A stretch of DNA of 64,000 nucleotides from the human T2T-CHM13v2.0 reference genome, Homo sapiens. Below are positions 32,496 through 47,357 of this stretch, piece after piece. The notes beneath the pieces were generated by a model. It made no database searches and was not told where the DNA came from. It saw only the letters and a list, made by a program, of their open reading frames with translations. Location: NCBI RefSeq assembly GCF_009914755.1, contig NC_060926.1. The stretch is one strand, 5' to 3'. Positions within the stretch are counted from its first letter, which is position 1, and each line of letters starts with the position of its first letter. Made by a program: the position numbers and the translations under genes.

Positions 32496-33514
32496 TTACC
32501 TTATTTTTGACATAGCTTCTTATGAAATCTGAAAATATTCCAATCTTATATATAATTGCCACTCCCAGATTTGTATATACATCAGAAACTTGAGATACAA
32601 GATTAACTATATGTAGTAAATTTCATTTCTTCACTTACTACATTGATTTTCCACATCAAAAGTCTCTAAAATTAGAAAAGACACTGAATGTGAACCCCCA
32701 AACGCCTCATTTAAAAACAATTTAATTGCTATAATTATCATAAATCACTCTAATAGGGTAATTTTCTTTCAGTTATGACACCATCACATTTGAGTTCATT
32801 GGGGCTTTTCTAAATAAAACATAACCTTTCATTCTGAGATGATGTCATGCGCTCTTCTGTATTTTGACTCAACTCATAACTCTGAATGAATAAAATACAT
32901 GATAAAATTTTGCTGATGAGGTTTATCGTTAGCCATCAAAATAGCCTGCAGTCTATTTCTAAAAATTTATATCATTCCATTATGAATATTTAGACATTGT
33001 AGTCATGTCATGCTGAGGTCTTAAGGCACCCATGATCCAGTATGTTGCTAAGTTATTTAACTCAGATGGTTTCTGAAGCAAATGTATAAATTAAAATTGC
33101 TGGAGATCAAATGGCTTTGTTCTATTTTGTAATCTTAAGTTAACCACTGAATCCATTTAAAAATATATCTGCCAATATTTTAAGCCCTATCACAAGAGGT
33201 ATTGTAAAAATTTATGTTCATTTCTATTAAACTCAAAAAGGAAGACTTAACTGAAGGGCCATAATCTAATTAAATTAATGTTACATAGAACAAAACACAC
33301 ATTGAATATAAAGCCACTTTTCTTTGCTATACTGTAAATGGAAAATTAACTTTTCTGAGTTGTTAGTACAGAGCCAGGTATTTTAACTTGATTCAAAGAT
33401 CTAATAACTTTACTACATTTACAGACTTCTCACTTCCTGTGTGAATATCTTCCTTAATCAGTAATCTCTGATTGAGATTGAGAAAAGCTTTTCTTTATTT
33501 AAGAAAAGCTTCTC

Positions 33515-33818
33515 GGCTGGGCGCTGTGGCTCATGCCTATAATCCCAGCACTTTGGGAGGCCGAGGCGGGCGGATTACGAGGTCAGGAGATGGAGACCAT
33601 CCTGGCTAACACGGTGAAACCCCGTCTCTACTAAAAATACAAAAAAATTAGCCGGACACAGCGGCGGGCGCCTGTAGTCCCAGCTACTCAGGAGGCTGAG
33701 GCAGGAGAATGGCGTGAACCCGGGAGGCAGAGCTTGCTGTGAGCCGAGACCATGCCACTGCACTCCAGCCTGGGCGACAGTGGGAGACTCCATCTCAAAA
33801 AAAAAAAAAAAGAAAAGA
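33515..33818 (+). mobile_element. AluY
   Basis: accatcctggctaacacggtg and aatggcgtgaacccgggaggcagagcttgc; imperfect TSD aagaaaagcttc / aagcaaagcttc. Confidence 0.95.
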
Positions 33819-34126
33819 AAGCAAAGCTTCCGGAAAGTTTGGTCACCTTATTCATACTTCAGGTTACTTATCAATGAATTCAAAACTAAGGCAATTCTAG
33901 AATAATGAACATGAGACAGAATAAAATAAACCCACGAGTGCCAGGGTAGAAAATGTGAACTGATTTTGGAACAATGAGATCAAATCAAGACAAAGTATCA
34001 GCATATTCCCATACTAGCTCAGAAAGAGGTATATTGACAAAAATAATGAAATCCCCTATTTCTCTCATTAGCAAGAACAACCTAGAATTCTCCTTATTAC
34101 TGTAAATTGTATAATTCATATAAACC

Positions 34127-34475
34127 TGATATGGTTTGGCTGTGTCCCCACCCAAATCTCATCTTGAATTCCCATGTGTTGTGGGAGGGAGGTGGTGGGA
34201 GGTGGTTGCATCATGGGGGAAGTTCTTTCTTGTGCTGTTCTTGTGATGGTGGATAAGTCTCACGAGGTCTGATGGTTTTAGAAACAGTAGTTTCTCTAAA
34301 CAAGCGCTCTTTGCCTGCCGCCATCTGGGTAAGATGTGACTTGCTCTTCCTTGCCTTCCGCCATGATTGTGAGGCTTTGCCAGCCACGTGGAACTGTGAG
34401 TTCTCCATTAAACCTCTTTCCTTGTAAATTTCCCAGTCTCACTCCTTATCAGCAGTGTGAAAACAGACTAATACA
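34127..34475 (+). mobile_element. Solo THE1 LTR (THE1A-like)
   Basis: tgatatggtttggctgtgtcccc...gactaataca with perfect 5-bp TSD aaacc (34122-34126 / 34476-34480). Confidence 0.95.
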
Positions 34476-34829
34476 AAACCCTATTAGTATCATTTCCCAT
34501 TCTACCTCCCCACTTAATTATTTTACGACTTGTTACATTCTCCTCCCCACAGCTCTTTGCTAACTTTAGGTTTCGTGGAAGATTCTAAACCTTAAATGAA
34601 AGAAAATAAGAATAAAATTTGGGAACTATAACGATATCATCCACTTTACTGTTTCAGTATTTTGAATTTGGATCTGAATGCAATTCCAAAAGAGTCCTGA
34701 TTCTTAAGCCAGTTCTTAAATATTCACAAGTGGCTTATCCTTACATGAAGATGATTTAAATGTTCCAATGTCCTCTGAGAGCAATGTAAAATATCCCTGA
34801 ATTTCAAAGTTATCATGAGTATAATGCTT

Positions 34830-35060
34830 AAGAGTGTGAGATAATGATTTAGACTGACTAAGCTCAAATTCTAGCTCAATCACTCAATGATTTTGTTAAA
34901 TTGGCCACATAATATTCTTGTGGAACTTTAATTTTCCATTTATATGTCACCATGTTAACAATAATAAAAGTAACGTTATAAACTTGTATACAGCAAATAA
35001 TAGAAAATGTATGAAATTACTGACCATAAATATAATCATTTAAAGTTATCGTAAATAGTA
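34830..35060 (+). mobile_element. MIR, degenerate
   Basis: ttagactgactaagctcaaattctagctcaatcactca... is MIR-like. Confidence 0.45.
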
Positions 35061-35798
35061 GTAGTAAAAAAAAGAATCAAAATTGAGCACCCAAAGGAGG
35101 CCATTCAAGGAAAAACTTTGCTTAATCAAGAAATAGCAGTTCAATGTCTCTTGCTTTAATTTACCCTAGCATTTACGTAATTTTAATTACCTCTGCTCTT
35201 CTCATAGAAAATCCTCCAAATGCAATCAGTTTGACTGTATCTTTTTTGCCCAGTGAATCCAACTTGGAACTAATATTGTTGGGTTCTAATTCTATTTCCA
35301 GGAAGTGTCCCTCTTCCTCAGCCAACTGCCAGGGTTATGCTGAATCCCGCATTTTGCGGAACTGCTAAACTATTTTTGTCTCTCAATCTAAAGTGTTAGT
35401 ACATATTTGTAGTATTTTTCTTATTCTCATTCTTTATATCCAATCAACTAGAATCTTTCTTTTCTAACTCAGTAAGTCTATTTCTTGTGTATCTCTTATT
35501 AGTGCTTAACTTGTATTTCTATTCCTTCTAATGTCACATCTGTATTATTGGACCACCTTACAATAGTGCTGATGTTCCCATGCTCTCACCTAGTCTAGTC
35601 CATGATCATCGGTTCCAAATTTTTTTCTAAAATGTAAATTTAATTGCAGTGTTTAAAAATTTTTACTTTATGTTACATTGTAAACACTTGCAGATATAAT
35701 TGTTTTTAGTTTTGTTCTTATTGTTATTATTTCTACTAATTCAATTCAAGCCCATTTAAACAGGTAAAATGTAGAAGTAAATGCTACAGAAAAGTTCT

Positions 35799-36125
35799 GT
35801 CTGGGCACCATGGTTCACACCTGTGAATCCCAGCATGTTGGGAGGCTAAGGTGGAAGGATTGCTTAAGGCCAGGAGTTAAATACCAGCCTGAATAACCAG
35901 TGAGACTCCTTCTCTCCAAAACAAAAAACAAACAAACAAACAAATTAGCTGTGCATAGTGGCACACACATGTATGTAGTCCCAGTTATTCTGGAGGCTAA
36001 GGTGGGAGGATCGCTTGAGCCCAGGGTTTGAGGCTACAGTGACCCATGATTATGCCACTGCAATCCAGCCTGCCCAGCAAGACCTTGTCTCTAAATAAAT
36101 AAATAAAAAGAAAAGAAAAAAAAAT
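35799..36125 (+). mobile_element. AluJ (Jo-like)
   Basis: ggaaggattgcttaaggccaggagtt and gggaggatcgcttgagcccagg; acagaaaag on both flanks. Confidence 0.92.
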
Positions 36126-36611
36126 AACAGAAAAGAACATTTTCCCTCATAATTGATATTCCTAGTTAAACTCCTTAGAGGTAATTCCTTTTAAGAGTTT
36201 TACATGTATACTTTTAAAGATATTTTAAACACAAACACACGCATTCACACACACACACAGCATAGGTATGTGTACGTGGATATGCATATGAGGTTACTGA
36301 AAAGGTAAGATTTTCAAATCAGACTGTTAGAATCAGAGATCTTACCTAATATAAAGCTTTCCAAATAATTTAAATACTAACAGTAATCCTAAAACACAGA
36401 TGAAGAGTAGTGAAGCTTAGACTGCCAAGGTTGCTCCCAGGTTGGGTTCCTATGTCAAATTTATGAGATCTATCTGAGATATAATACAAGTGGGCACATC
36501 ACTTACCCAAAAGGAAACTGCTTTAGTTCTGAAACATAACCATTGTAAAGTAGCAGTTATATAACATGTTAAATTTTTCCATGATATTACACAATACATA
36601 CTATTTTACCA

Positions 36612-36789
36612 TTTTTTATTTTATTTTATTTTATTATATTTTATTTATATTTTATTTATTTTATTTTATTATTTTATTTTATTATTTTTACTTTATTTTA
36701 TTTTTTTATTGTATTGTATTGTATTGTATTGTATTGTATTGTATTGTATTGTATTGTATTGTATTGTATTGTATTTTTTTATTTTATTT

Positions 36790-36794
<5 letters not shown>
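36612..36794. repeat. Expanded Alu tail: (TTTTA)n-like with 13 x GTATT (36711-36775)
   Basis: Direct count. Confidence 0.93.
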
Positions 36795-37075
<281 letters not shown>

Positions 37076-37078
37076 TAA

Positions 37079-37510
<432 letters not shown>

Positions 37511-37779
37511 TGATATTTTAGCCGTATTTTAATACTTTAAGGCTACCTAAATTTGCACATATTTTTATAATTTGTACACATATATCTAAAGAAATTTTTT
37601 AAGGGGGTTGTAGATTTTAATTTTGACAGACATGGTAAAATTCAACTCAAACCAGATATTTCAACTTAAACCCTCATTAATTGAGGACAGTACATATTTC
37701 ACTTCAACAGTTGACATTATTATACTTTTTAATCGTAGTCAATTTTATGAGTAAAATGTGTCATGTCACAATTTCTGTC

Positions 37780-38045
37780 TTATTCATCCAGCAAACACTT
37801 TTGGAATGCTTATAATTTGCCAGGCACCATTCTGGCAGTTAGACTATAATGAATAAAACACGAAAGTTCTCATGGAGCTTCTGGGAGCAGAAAGACAATT
37901 TTGAAAACACAATAAAATAGAATGGGGAACTAGTGATGACTTCTAGATAAATACTCTAAAAAAGCCAAAGCAGTTTAAATGGATAAAAGGATGGGGCATT
38001 CTACCAGCAATTGCATCAAGGGAATCCTCTCTGAGCAGTTAATAT
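37780..38045 (-). mobile_element. L2 fragment
   Basis: ttattcatccagcaaacact...tgccaggcaccattctgg...ctcatggagctt. Confidence 0.7.
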
Positions 38046-39881
38046 TTACAAAAAAAAAAACAAAAAAAACTTAAAAATTTTAATTTTAAGATATATTTAA
38101 ATGACCATCCAGAATTTGCAATTATTAATTACACTTAAGATTTAGTACATTTCAATATATTTATTTGTGTTTGATTTTCTATGAAATGTTGGTAACATTG
38201 ATTATTATCCTATTTAATTGCATATTTTATTATATATTTTAATAACTGGTCTTTTTATCAGAGGTAAGTAACATGTAAGGACTTTAAATCCCAAGGTTTT
38301 ATCTCATCTCTTGTATATCCTATCACATGTATTATACAAAAATTACATAAAACTTCTAATTCTATGCTTCTGTCAATTTCTCTCCATAGAGAATACTCAT
38401 ACACATCTGGTAAAACACAGCTCATTCATCTCCTCAGCTGTGGAAGTATTCTTAACTTCCCAAGAAAGAGATGGCTCCATTCCTCCCTCAGGTCTCCCAG
38501 TATCTTATTCTTATCTCAATTATGGTAATTATCATCCTATATTGTAAGCATGCACCCATTTTTGACATAAACACTTGATTATGGCCTCTTATCCATTTGC
38601 TTCTCAAGATTTATCACAAGGTATGACCTTTAGTAGGTTTCAATGAATATGTCTAAAAATAATAGATAAGTGGTTGAATAAATGCAGCATTCAGCTCTGT
38701 AAGACAGAGAGACAATAGTTAAAATATTCACATGTGGGTTTAAAACTCATCATTTTGTGTCTTCTACTCATAAGAAACACACTCTAGTTGGATGTGAGAG
38801 CTACTTTTAATCTTCTTCAATTTGCACTGGCCTTTTGCTTACTAAATAAATCCTGAAGTTAGCCACATTTATCTGATTGTGTTGATATGAGCCCTCTATC
38901 ACTAGGTCAATTTTGTTTTTACTCTGTGTTTTAATTCCTTCCACCAAAGCATCTGATTTCCCTGGTGATTCAGCATTAGCTAGAAGTGTAATTAGTACCA
39001 TCCCTACAACCTTTCTACATTGTTTCTGAATACTACAGCAAGAGGAAAAGAAGTTGGAATAATTCCCTAAGGTCCTAACACCTCATGATTATTGTCTACA
39101 AATTTCCTAATTATTCCATGTTTGTATCCTTGAGTTATGTCTAAGACTAATATCTTTGGTATGATTTCAACCCAAGATGATAGATAGGCTTGCAGGATAA
39201 GAATAATAAGAGTGGACATTGTAGCTGTTGCATTCAAGCACACTTCTAGGCCACTATCTTCCATAGCTATATGCCTTGGAATTAGAATCTCAATTTAATC
39301 TCAATAAAAGTGTTTATATTTTGGATGTGAAAATATCAGATGCCTTCAGCCATGCAGGAGCAGGAAAATTGGTTCTTTAAGTGCTCAGAGAGTGTCTAGG
39401 AATCCAGTCCCAGAAGGAGCACTTGCCAAGCAAGTGCTAATTCCAAGAAATATAGTTAGGAAATCATGGTACCCTTTGCACCTCATTACAAGCAACAGCG
39501 TATCATAAACATACTTTTTGGTTGATAGAGTTTTCCCACAGTTAGTTGTTAATTAATAATGAATACCCCAAAAAATCGAAATCGGAGATTATATTGGAGA
39601 GGGGGCAAATAATTCTTAGCTGTCAGGACATCTTGGTAGATATGGGAAAATACTTTGTGCAAAACAGTCAAATGGGGTGTCAATATTAGTGTAATAACTA
39701 AAAGGAGCACTAGGCCTCCAAAAAATATTCTTCCTAATATACTGTTCTGGATGGGCAAGTGCTTTGAGATATCCCCTGCATTCGGAAATATTGCAATTGG
39801 GCCAAAAGCACTTTATTGAAGAATTAAGCTCCAAACCTTTAAAAAGAGTACATTTCAATTCATATAGATGAGTAAATATCT

Positions 39882-40064
39882 CTCTCAGTAAGTTTGAACG
39901 TGAACTATTTTTTGAATTTTTTTCAGAGATATTCTTTGTAACAGATAACCATGCACTTATTTCAGATTGCCTCCTCTGAGTAAGTTTGAATGTAAACTAT
40001 TTGTTGAACTTTTTCAGAGACATTCTTTGTAACAGATAACCATGCACTTATTTAAGATTGCCTC
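39882..40064. repeat. Two-copy tandem duplication, 92/91-bp units
   Basis: ctct(c/g)agtaagtttgaa...cagataaccatgcacttattt(c/a)agattgcctc occurs twice. Confidence 0.95.
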
Positions 40065-40800
40065 CAACTCTTATGCTTTTGGAATGAATAATATATGAAT
40101 TAAAATTTATGGAAATTTATTGAAGTTTTCTATGTGGAGAAAAAAAGTCACTAAGATAATGTTAAAGGAGATGTAGATGGTGGCTGTGGATGTAAGTCAA
40201 TTTCTAGTTTATGTAGAAAGTTATTGCTAATAAAGTTAATGGCAATAGCCATATAATTTATTTAACAATAATTTGGGATAGTGATTAAGGGAAAATAACA
40301 ATTTATACAAAATTTTTAAAAGGTTTTTACACTTGTTTCTTAACATTTAGATTAATTTCTAAATGTATCAGATTTCAATTCATTAATTTATATGCATTTC
40401 CACTGTAAACAATCTCATTTTCTGAAAACTCACATTCGTAAAACAAAAAAGAATCAATTTGTGGGTAAGAATTCATTTCAAAATGATGTATTAATTTTAA
40501 AGAAGATTCTTTATTGTGTTAGTGCACTTAACACAAATTCCAAGGAGTTGAGGAGGCTGATCATTTTCAAGGTCCTTCCATGGAACAAAATGTAGAGTGA
40601 GGCATGAGGCTTAATGAAGGGAGAAGATAAGAGCCATTTACAGACAGGAAAATGTAACAAGGTGTACAATACCCTAAGACAAGACATTTTAAATATTGTG
40701 ACTCAGGGATATAATATAATTAGTATTGTCTAAGACTTACATATGCTTCTAAGTATTGTTTTATGTGTGGGGGATTAAGTTTTAAATTTTTAAAGTAGAC

Positions 40801-41098
40801 TTTTTTTTTTCTTTTTTTTGAGATGGAGTCTTGCTCTGTCACCAGGCTAGAGTGTAGTGGCATGATCTAGGTTCACTGCAATCTCTGCTTCCCAGGTTCA
40901 AGCAATTCTCCTGCCTCAACCTCCCAAGTAGCTGAGACTACAGGTGCACGCCACCACGTCCAGCTAATTTTTGTATTTTTAGTAGAGACGGGGTTTCACC
41001 ATGTTCGCCATGATGGTCCCAATCTCTTGACCTCATGATCCGCCCACCTCAGCCTCCCAAAGTGCTGGAATTACAGGCATAAGCCATCATGCCGGGCC
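40801..41098 (-). mobile_element. AluSc-like
   Basis: ctgtcaccaggc and atctcttgacctcatgatcc; TSD taaagtagac at 40791-40800 / 41099-41108. Confidence 0.95.
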
Positions 41099-41478
41099 TA
41101 AAGTAGACTTTTAAGGTTGAAAGTTCTGCATTGTTTTTACTTTTTCTGTCTTTCTCTCTCATTTGATTTATGTTATGGCCTTTACATTAAAAAATAGTAA
41201 TATATCACTGAAGTAGTTCAGAGATCAGAATAAAGCCCAGAATTGAGGATGTCAGAAATGCATTCGTTATGGCTGACTTGAAGGTATAGGGTTAGGAGAG
41301 AAGTAGATAAGGAGAACATGTATTTTTTATTGCCTGTGATTTCTTCTCTGATTCTAGCAAAGGGACAAAGAAAAAGATTCAGGGCAAATTCTCAAAGAAT
41401 AAAGAGGTTGCATTGGCTGCAATTTCCTTGACACTCAGGTATATTCAGAAGCCTGAATGTGATGGGTAAAGAAGGGTA

Positions 41479-41822
<344 letters not shown>

Positions 41823-42828
41823 TTATTTAAAAACTTCAGTTCTCAAATCACTTCTAAATATGATTCAGTGTTTCAAACCTTATTCTAAGAACAACCTTTC
41901 AGTATATAAGAGATTAATAACAATGAGTGTCACTGGCACGTTAATGCCTCGTCATAACAAGTCACAGAACCAAATTGCAACCATTTTGACATCATAGAAT
42001 AAAGGGATATTTGGAAAAGGATGTGGTCAAAATAAAAATACACTTGCAAATATGTATTTATATTTGCTCCTCTGTGCCACTAAATTTCCAACATTACATT
42101 ATTTTCATATATAAAAGAAACATACCTTTTGAAAAATTGTAAAAATATTTTAGAAAATAAGTCTTTTGTGTATCTTTTAACAGCTTCTCTCACATACACT
42201 CAAAGGAACAAAATGTTCTTGGCCATAAAACTCAGATTCAGTTTTGAAAAATATCTTAAACCTGTTGCTCCGAATCTTCTTTGACACTTTTCTGTGATCA
42301 AATATCTGATGCTTCTGGAAAATAATGTTTTACAGGGCATACTTCTACTCAGACTTTACTTGAAGAATTACAAAGTCTAAAATAAAGCTAAAAAAAAAAA
42401 GTTTAACAACAACAGCTGCTGCATACCACAGACATTTAAAACGGGAATGCATAGAAAATGAGTCAGATGAGGCTGGATAATTGGAGCCAACATAACAATA
42501 GTTATAGCAAGGAACAGTTTTTGTTTTTTCCTAATTGTCAGACATACAGTATTAGAGACACTGAAACAGAGGAATTAGTCCTGTTTGCTTTAACGACTCA
42601 CTGCTTCATTTGAAGTTTCTCCAATTATATTTTCAAAAATAGTGCTGAAAGTATTGAACAAGGATGTTCAATGAAACCGTTGTTACTTTATTCTAATTTT
42701 GTATCTTGCTTTCTTTCTGTTGCAATATTTACTATGGTAAAAATTAATGGATTTAAGATGTAAAAAATAAAGATTATTATAATTAAATTATCAAGGAAAC
42801 ATGAAAAGACACTAAAAACTGATTTTGA

Positions 42829-43154
<326 letters not shown>

Positions 43155-44509
43155 ACATTTCTTAATAGATACAATTTCTTTTTTTTTTTTTTTTTTTTAC
43201 TGTTTTATACAGCCTAAAATCAGTGACCTTTTTGTTTATCTTTTCTATTAGAAAAAAATTACAAATTAACTTGTAATTTCTCACTGGGGAGTCTAAAGAT
43301 ATAGAAAGAAGCAATATCAAATTCAGATGTATATTCTGGAATAATTCCAAACTTGTATCAAATTTAGATGTGTACTTAGGAGTACTCTGATCATTTTATT
43401 TTGAAATAAAATCAAACAATGAAAAGGACATGCAGTTATCCTCATGCTTTGCTTCCAAGTTTTCGATTTTTTTTCTTAATAATCTTGCCTAGATATCTAG
43501 TGTAGTTAAATGATCTTATAGGGAGAGGAACACAGGAAAACACTTCTGTTCACTTTTAATATCACCATTTAGGCCACACTAGGGTTATGTATGACATAGA
43601 GAGTGGAATGCCACTTTCAAGGTAGAATCAGGCTTCTGTGGGCAACTGAATGCCATGAGCTTGCAAATGAAAGAAAAAAAAGTGTTTCCTCAGTTCCATA
43701 AAGATTCTTGCTAGAATCATGGGATTTAAAATGATTAGCAAGATATTTAGTATATTTTTCCTCAGTAGTTCAGGTAATTAATGGTGACAGAAGATAAGAA
43801 CAGTTGTTCTCAAAAGTTGTGTGTTTATGACACACTCTAAACCTTGTCCTATGAACTGCTGAGTTGAATATTAAAAACAAAGTACACATAACGAGTTGTC
43901 CAAAAATAAGCTATGATTACAATGTTAGTGGTTAATGTGGAAAGCTTGGCTAAGAGGCATCTTTCGAGGTCTTCTTTTTTAAGTGCTGAATCAGAAAACT
44001 TGGTAACTAATTATAAAGAGAGGTGAGGCAAATATTAGGAATAATTCTGAAGCTGCTAGACAGCAGTAACTGAAAAGAATTTTGTATCTATATTAGCAAT
44101 GATAAATTTACATTTATTAATATAAAGCATCTCTAATGAGTTTCTTATCAAAACTTTTCATTGATTTTGAGCAAATTAAAATAGTCTTTTGAGACAAATA
44201 ATATTTTATTTTATGTCCATGTGATTATTTGTTCCATAATCAGTTGAATAAATGCATCTTTTTGACAAAATCTGATGAACTTAACTAAATACAAGATTTA
44301 CATGTGAATCAGTGCATAAAAATGAACTATTATACTAATTTCAAATAACTATATATTCTTAAAAATGTGACAAAGTACAATGAACAATAACTTTAGAGAT
44401 ATTTATTTGGTGGAAATTGGGAAAATATAGAGATAACAAAAATACCAAAATGTAATATATAAAATTAATTTGTAAAGTAAATAATTAGAAAATCACAACA
44501 AGAAGGCTT

Positions 44510-44583
44510 ACAAACCTGCATGTTGTGCACATGTACCGTAGAACTTAAAGTATAATAAAAATACATATATATAAAAAAAAGAA
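44510..44583 (+). mobile_element. Extremely 5'-truncated L1PA (L1PA4-6-like 3' tip plus tail)
   Basis: acaaacctgcatgttgtgcacatgtaccgtagaacttaaagtataat plus A-rich tail; TSD aagaaggctt at 44500-44509 / 44584-44593. Confidence 0.92.
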
Positions 44584-46294
44584 AAGAAGGCTTCTAGGAC
44601 AAGGCCTACACTTGCATATCACACTTAGCATTGGTTTTGCAATAATAATTTAATATGCATTAGATATTTATGTTTTTTACCCCTAGATAACTGTAAGGTG
44701 ACTAGCTTTCTTCAAATGTTTACTCTGCTGACCAAGGAAAGGCCAATAGCAAATGTAGAAAAGCATTTAACAGATGCTAAAAAAAACCTCACTTCTTACT
44801 TTCTCATTAAAGTCATTTTGAATAACAGAAAAATAAAATGACTCAGATATTTGTTTCAGAAAACTACTTTCATTTTAAATAAAGCATGGAGAGGTCTGAG
44901 GAAAGCTGGTAATCATACACAATTCAGTTCAAGCTCCTGAATTGTTCATGGTCTAAATGCCAGGGGTATTTTTGTATTCATGGCATCTAAAGGGAGAATA
45001 TTCATGCCGTTAGAAATCTTGCTGCATACTGCTTTTTCAAAAATACAATTTTCGTCTGGACATTTAGATTGATTTCTACGTAGAGCCTGCTTGCCTGTAC
45101 ACAAGTGTCTCCTGTTTAAATTTGTTCTAAGGTTAAAAATAAAAAAATGCAGCCATGGTTGGTATTTTGCTGTAAATCAGCTTCAGATTATAAAACTGAG
45201 CTTTTGATGCTTTTCAGACATAGAATTACATGTAGTTTATCTATTCTGTTGGATTTCTCTCCAGAAAATTAAATGCTTATAAATAATTATTTAACATGTA
45301 TCAAAAAACAGCAGTAGAAAGAAAACATTTTAACAAGCGTATATAGGGAATAGACAGGAATTAGGATAATAGTTATTTGTTAGTTAAAGTTTGGCATTTT
45401 CTGACCTGAAGTCAAATTCCTTCTGGAGACATGTTCTAAAACTCAAAATGATAATCAGTAAGGTTTCAAAGATTATGTTTTATACTGATAAAATGACTTT
45501 AAAATTTCAGTACACTGAGAAAAGGTGGCTAGTATAATATATTGCATATTCGTGTAATTGTATGACAAGAGTATCAATAAAATTTGCTGTGCTTCTATTT
45601 GGTTGAACAGCTTTCAATAAACCACATTGGTAAACAAGTGCATAAAAATAAATAAGTCTTATTTTTATATAGTGACATTGCATGTCAAACATTTAATGTT
45701 GAAAAATAAATTTTAATTTTATTAATTCAAACTATTCAAAGGGAAAAATATGCTTGATATATCTTACTATACATTAGAGAAGCAGAGGAAAACGCTTATT
45801 TTCTAATGATACAGGGTTGAAGGCATTAATTGATTATTGGGACCACCATGGCTCTATTCATTCTCATGTCTTGCCTTTTTTTTCCAGAAACATGTGCTTA
45901 TATGTTTCTTTCTTCCACGTTCTCTCCTTAGACAACTGAAAAACACTTTTAAATATCAGACATTTATCGTCTATCTTGGCTCTTCTTTCCTCAGCTATTT
46001 TTGTCTCTTTAAAAATAGAGTTTGGTCAATATGAGCTTCATGAAAATGAAAAAAAAAGATAGATCAGCTGGAAACGCCTTCGAAGACCTTAGCTCAGATT
46101 TCTAGGCCTATTTTTTCATAAGGACATCACCTATTACCCTAGCAATGATACACTGCCTTCTCTTACTGGGAAGGGGGCTCTTATGAGGGGAGATCCCTGG
46201 GACCCCAGGGTAAAAATATGGCAGATGACAAATTTGGCACCTCTGAGTTGTATATTAACACCCTGGGAAGGGGTTAAGGTACAAAATAGATAAG

Positions 46295-46807
46295 AAATTA
46301 ACATAACTCAATAGCAAAAAGTCAAGTAATCTGATTAAAAATGGGCAAAAGGCCTGAATACATATTTTTCCAAAGATAACATACAAATGGCCAACAAGCA
46401 TATAAAAAAGTATTCAATATGACTAATCATCAGGGAAATGAAAATTTAAACCACAATGAGATATCACTTCAAGGCTGTTAGAATGGCTGTTATTAAAAAG
46501 ATAACAAGTGTTGGCAAGGATGTGGAGGAAAGTGAACACATGTACAATGTTGATGGGAATTTAAATTGGCATAGCCATTATGGAAAACAGCATGGAGATT
46601 CCTCCAAAAATTTAAAAAAGAATGACCATATGACCCAGCAATTCCATCTCTGGTTATATCTTCAAAAAAATCGAAATCACTGTCTGCACAAGATATCTGA
46701 ATTTCTATGTTCATTGCAGTTTTATTCACAATAACAAAGATATGAAAACATCCTAAACATCCATCAATGGAAGAATGTATCAAGAAGAAAATGCATACAC
46801 AAGCATA

Positions 46808-46841
<34 letters not shown>

Positions 46842-47357
46842 CAGAGAGAAATATTATTTAGCCATAATAAGAAATCCTGTTATTTACAAAAACATAAATG
46901 AATCTGGAAGGCATTATGCTAAGTGAAGTAATCCAGATATAGAAACATAAATACTGTGTAATCCTACTTACATGTACCATCCAAAAAGATCAAATTCATA
47001 AAAGCAGAAAGTAGAACAGTGGTTGGCAAGGACTTGGGGATAGAAGAAATGAGGGAGTTTGATCAAAAGTCACCAACTTTCAGTAGTAAGATGAATAAGT
47101 TCTGGGGATTTAATGTATGGCATGATATCTAATGTTGATAATACTGTTTTACCTGAAATTTGAGGGGAGCAGATTTTAATGGTCCTTACCACCCCACCCC
47201 ACACAAAAATAGTAATTAGTTGTGGTGATGCAGATGTAAATAGATTGTGGTAAGCAGTACACGATGTATATGTACATCAAATCATCATGTTGTACACTTT
47301 AAATACATAAAACAATTATCTGTCAAACAAATGTTTAGATTTTTTAAAAATAAAAAA
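46295..47357 (+). mobile_element. L1MA9/L1MB-like ORF2 end and 3' UTR
   Basis: MRYHFKAVRMAVIKK peptide; catcaaatcatcatgttgtacac near the 3' end. Confidence 0.85.

Noticed and set aside
39418-39438. 9-bp stem agcacttgc-caa-gcaagtgct
   Set aside because: Short enough to occur by chance in 64 kb, with no supporting context
38807-39858. Cluster of short minus-strand ORFs that look protein-like (e.g. MPIQNSILGRIFFGGLVLLLV...)
   Set aside because: Only 64-80 aa, in different frames, with no domain I recognise and no clear splice structure; tBLASTn or PhyloCSF would be needed
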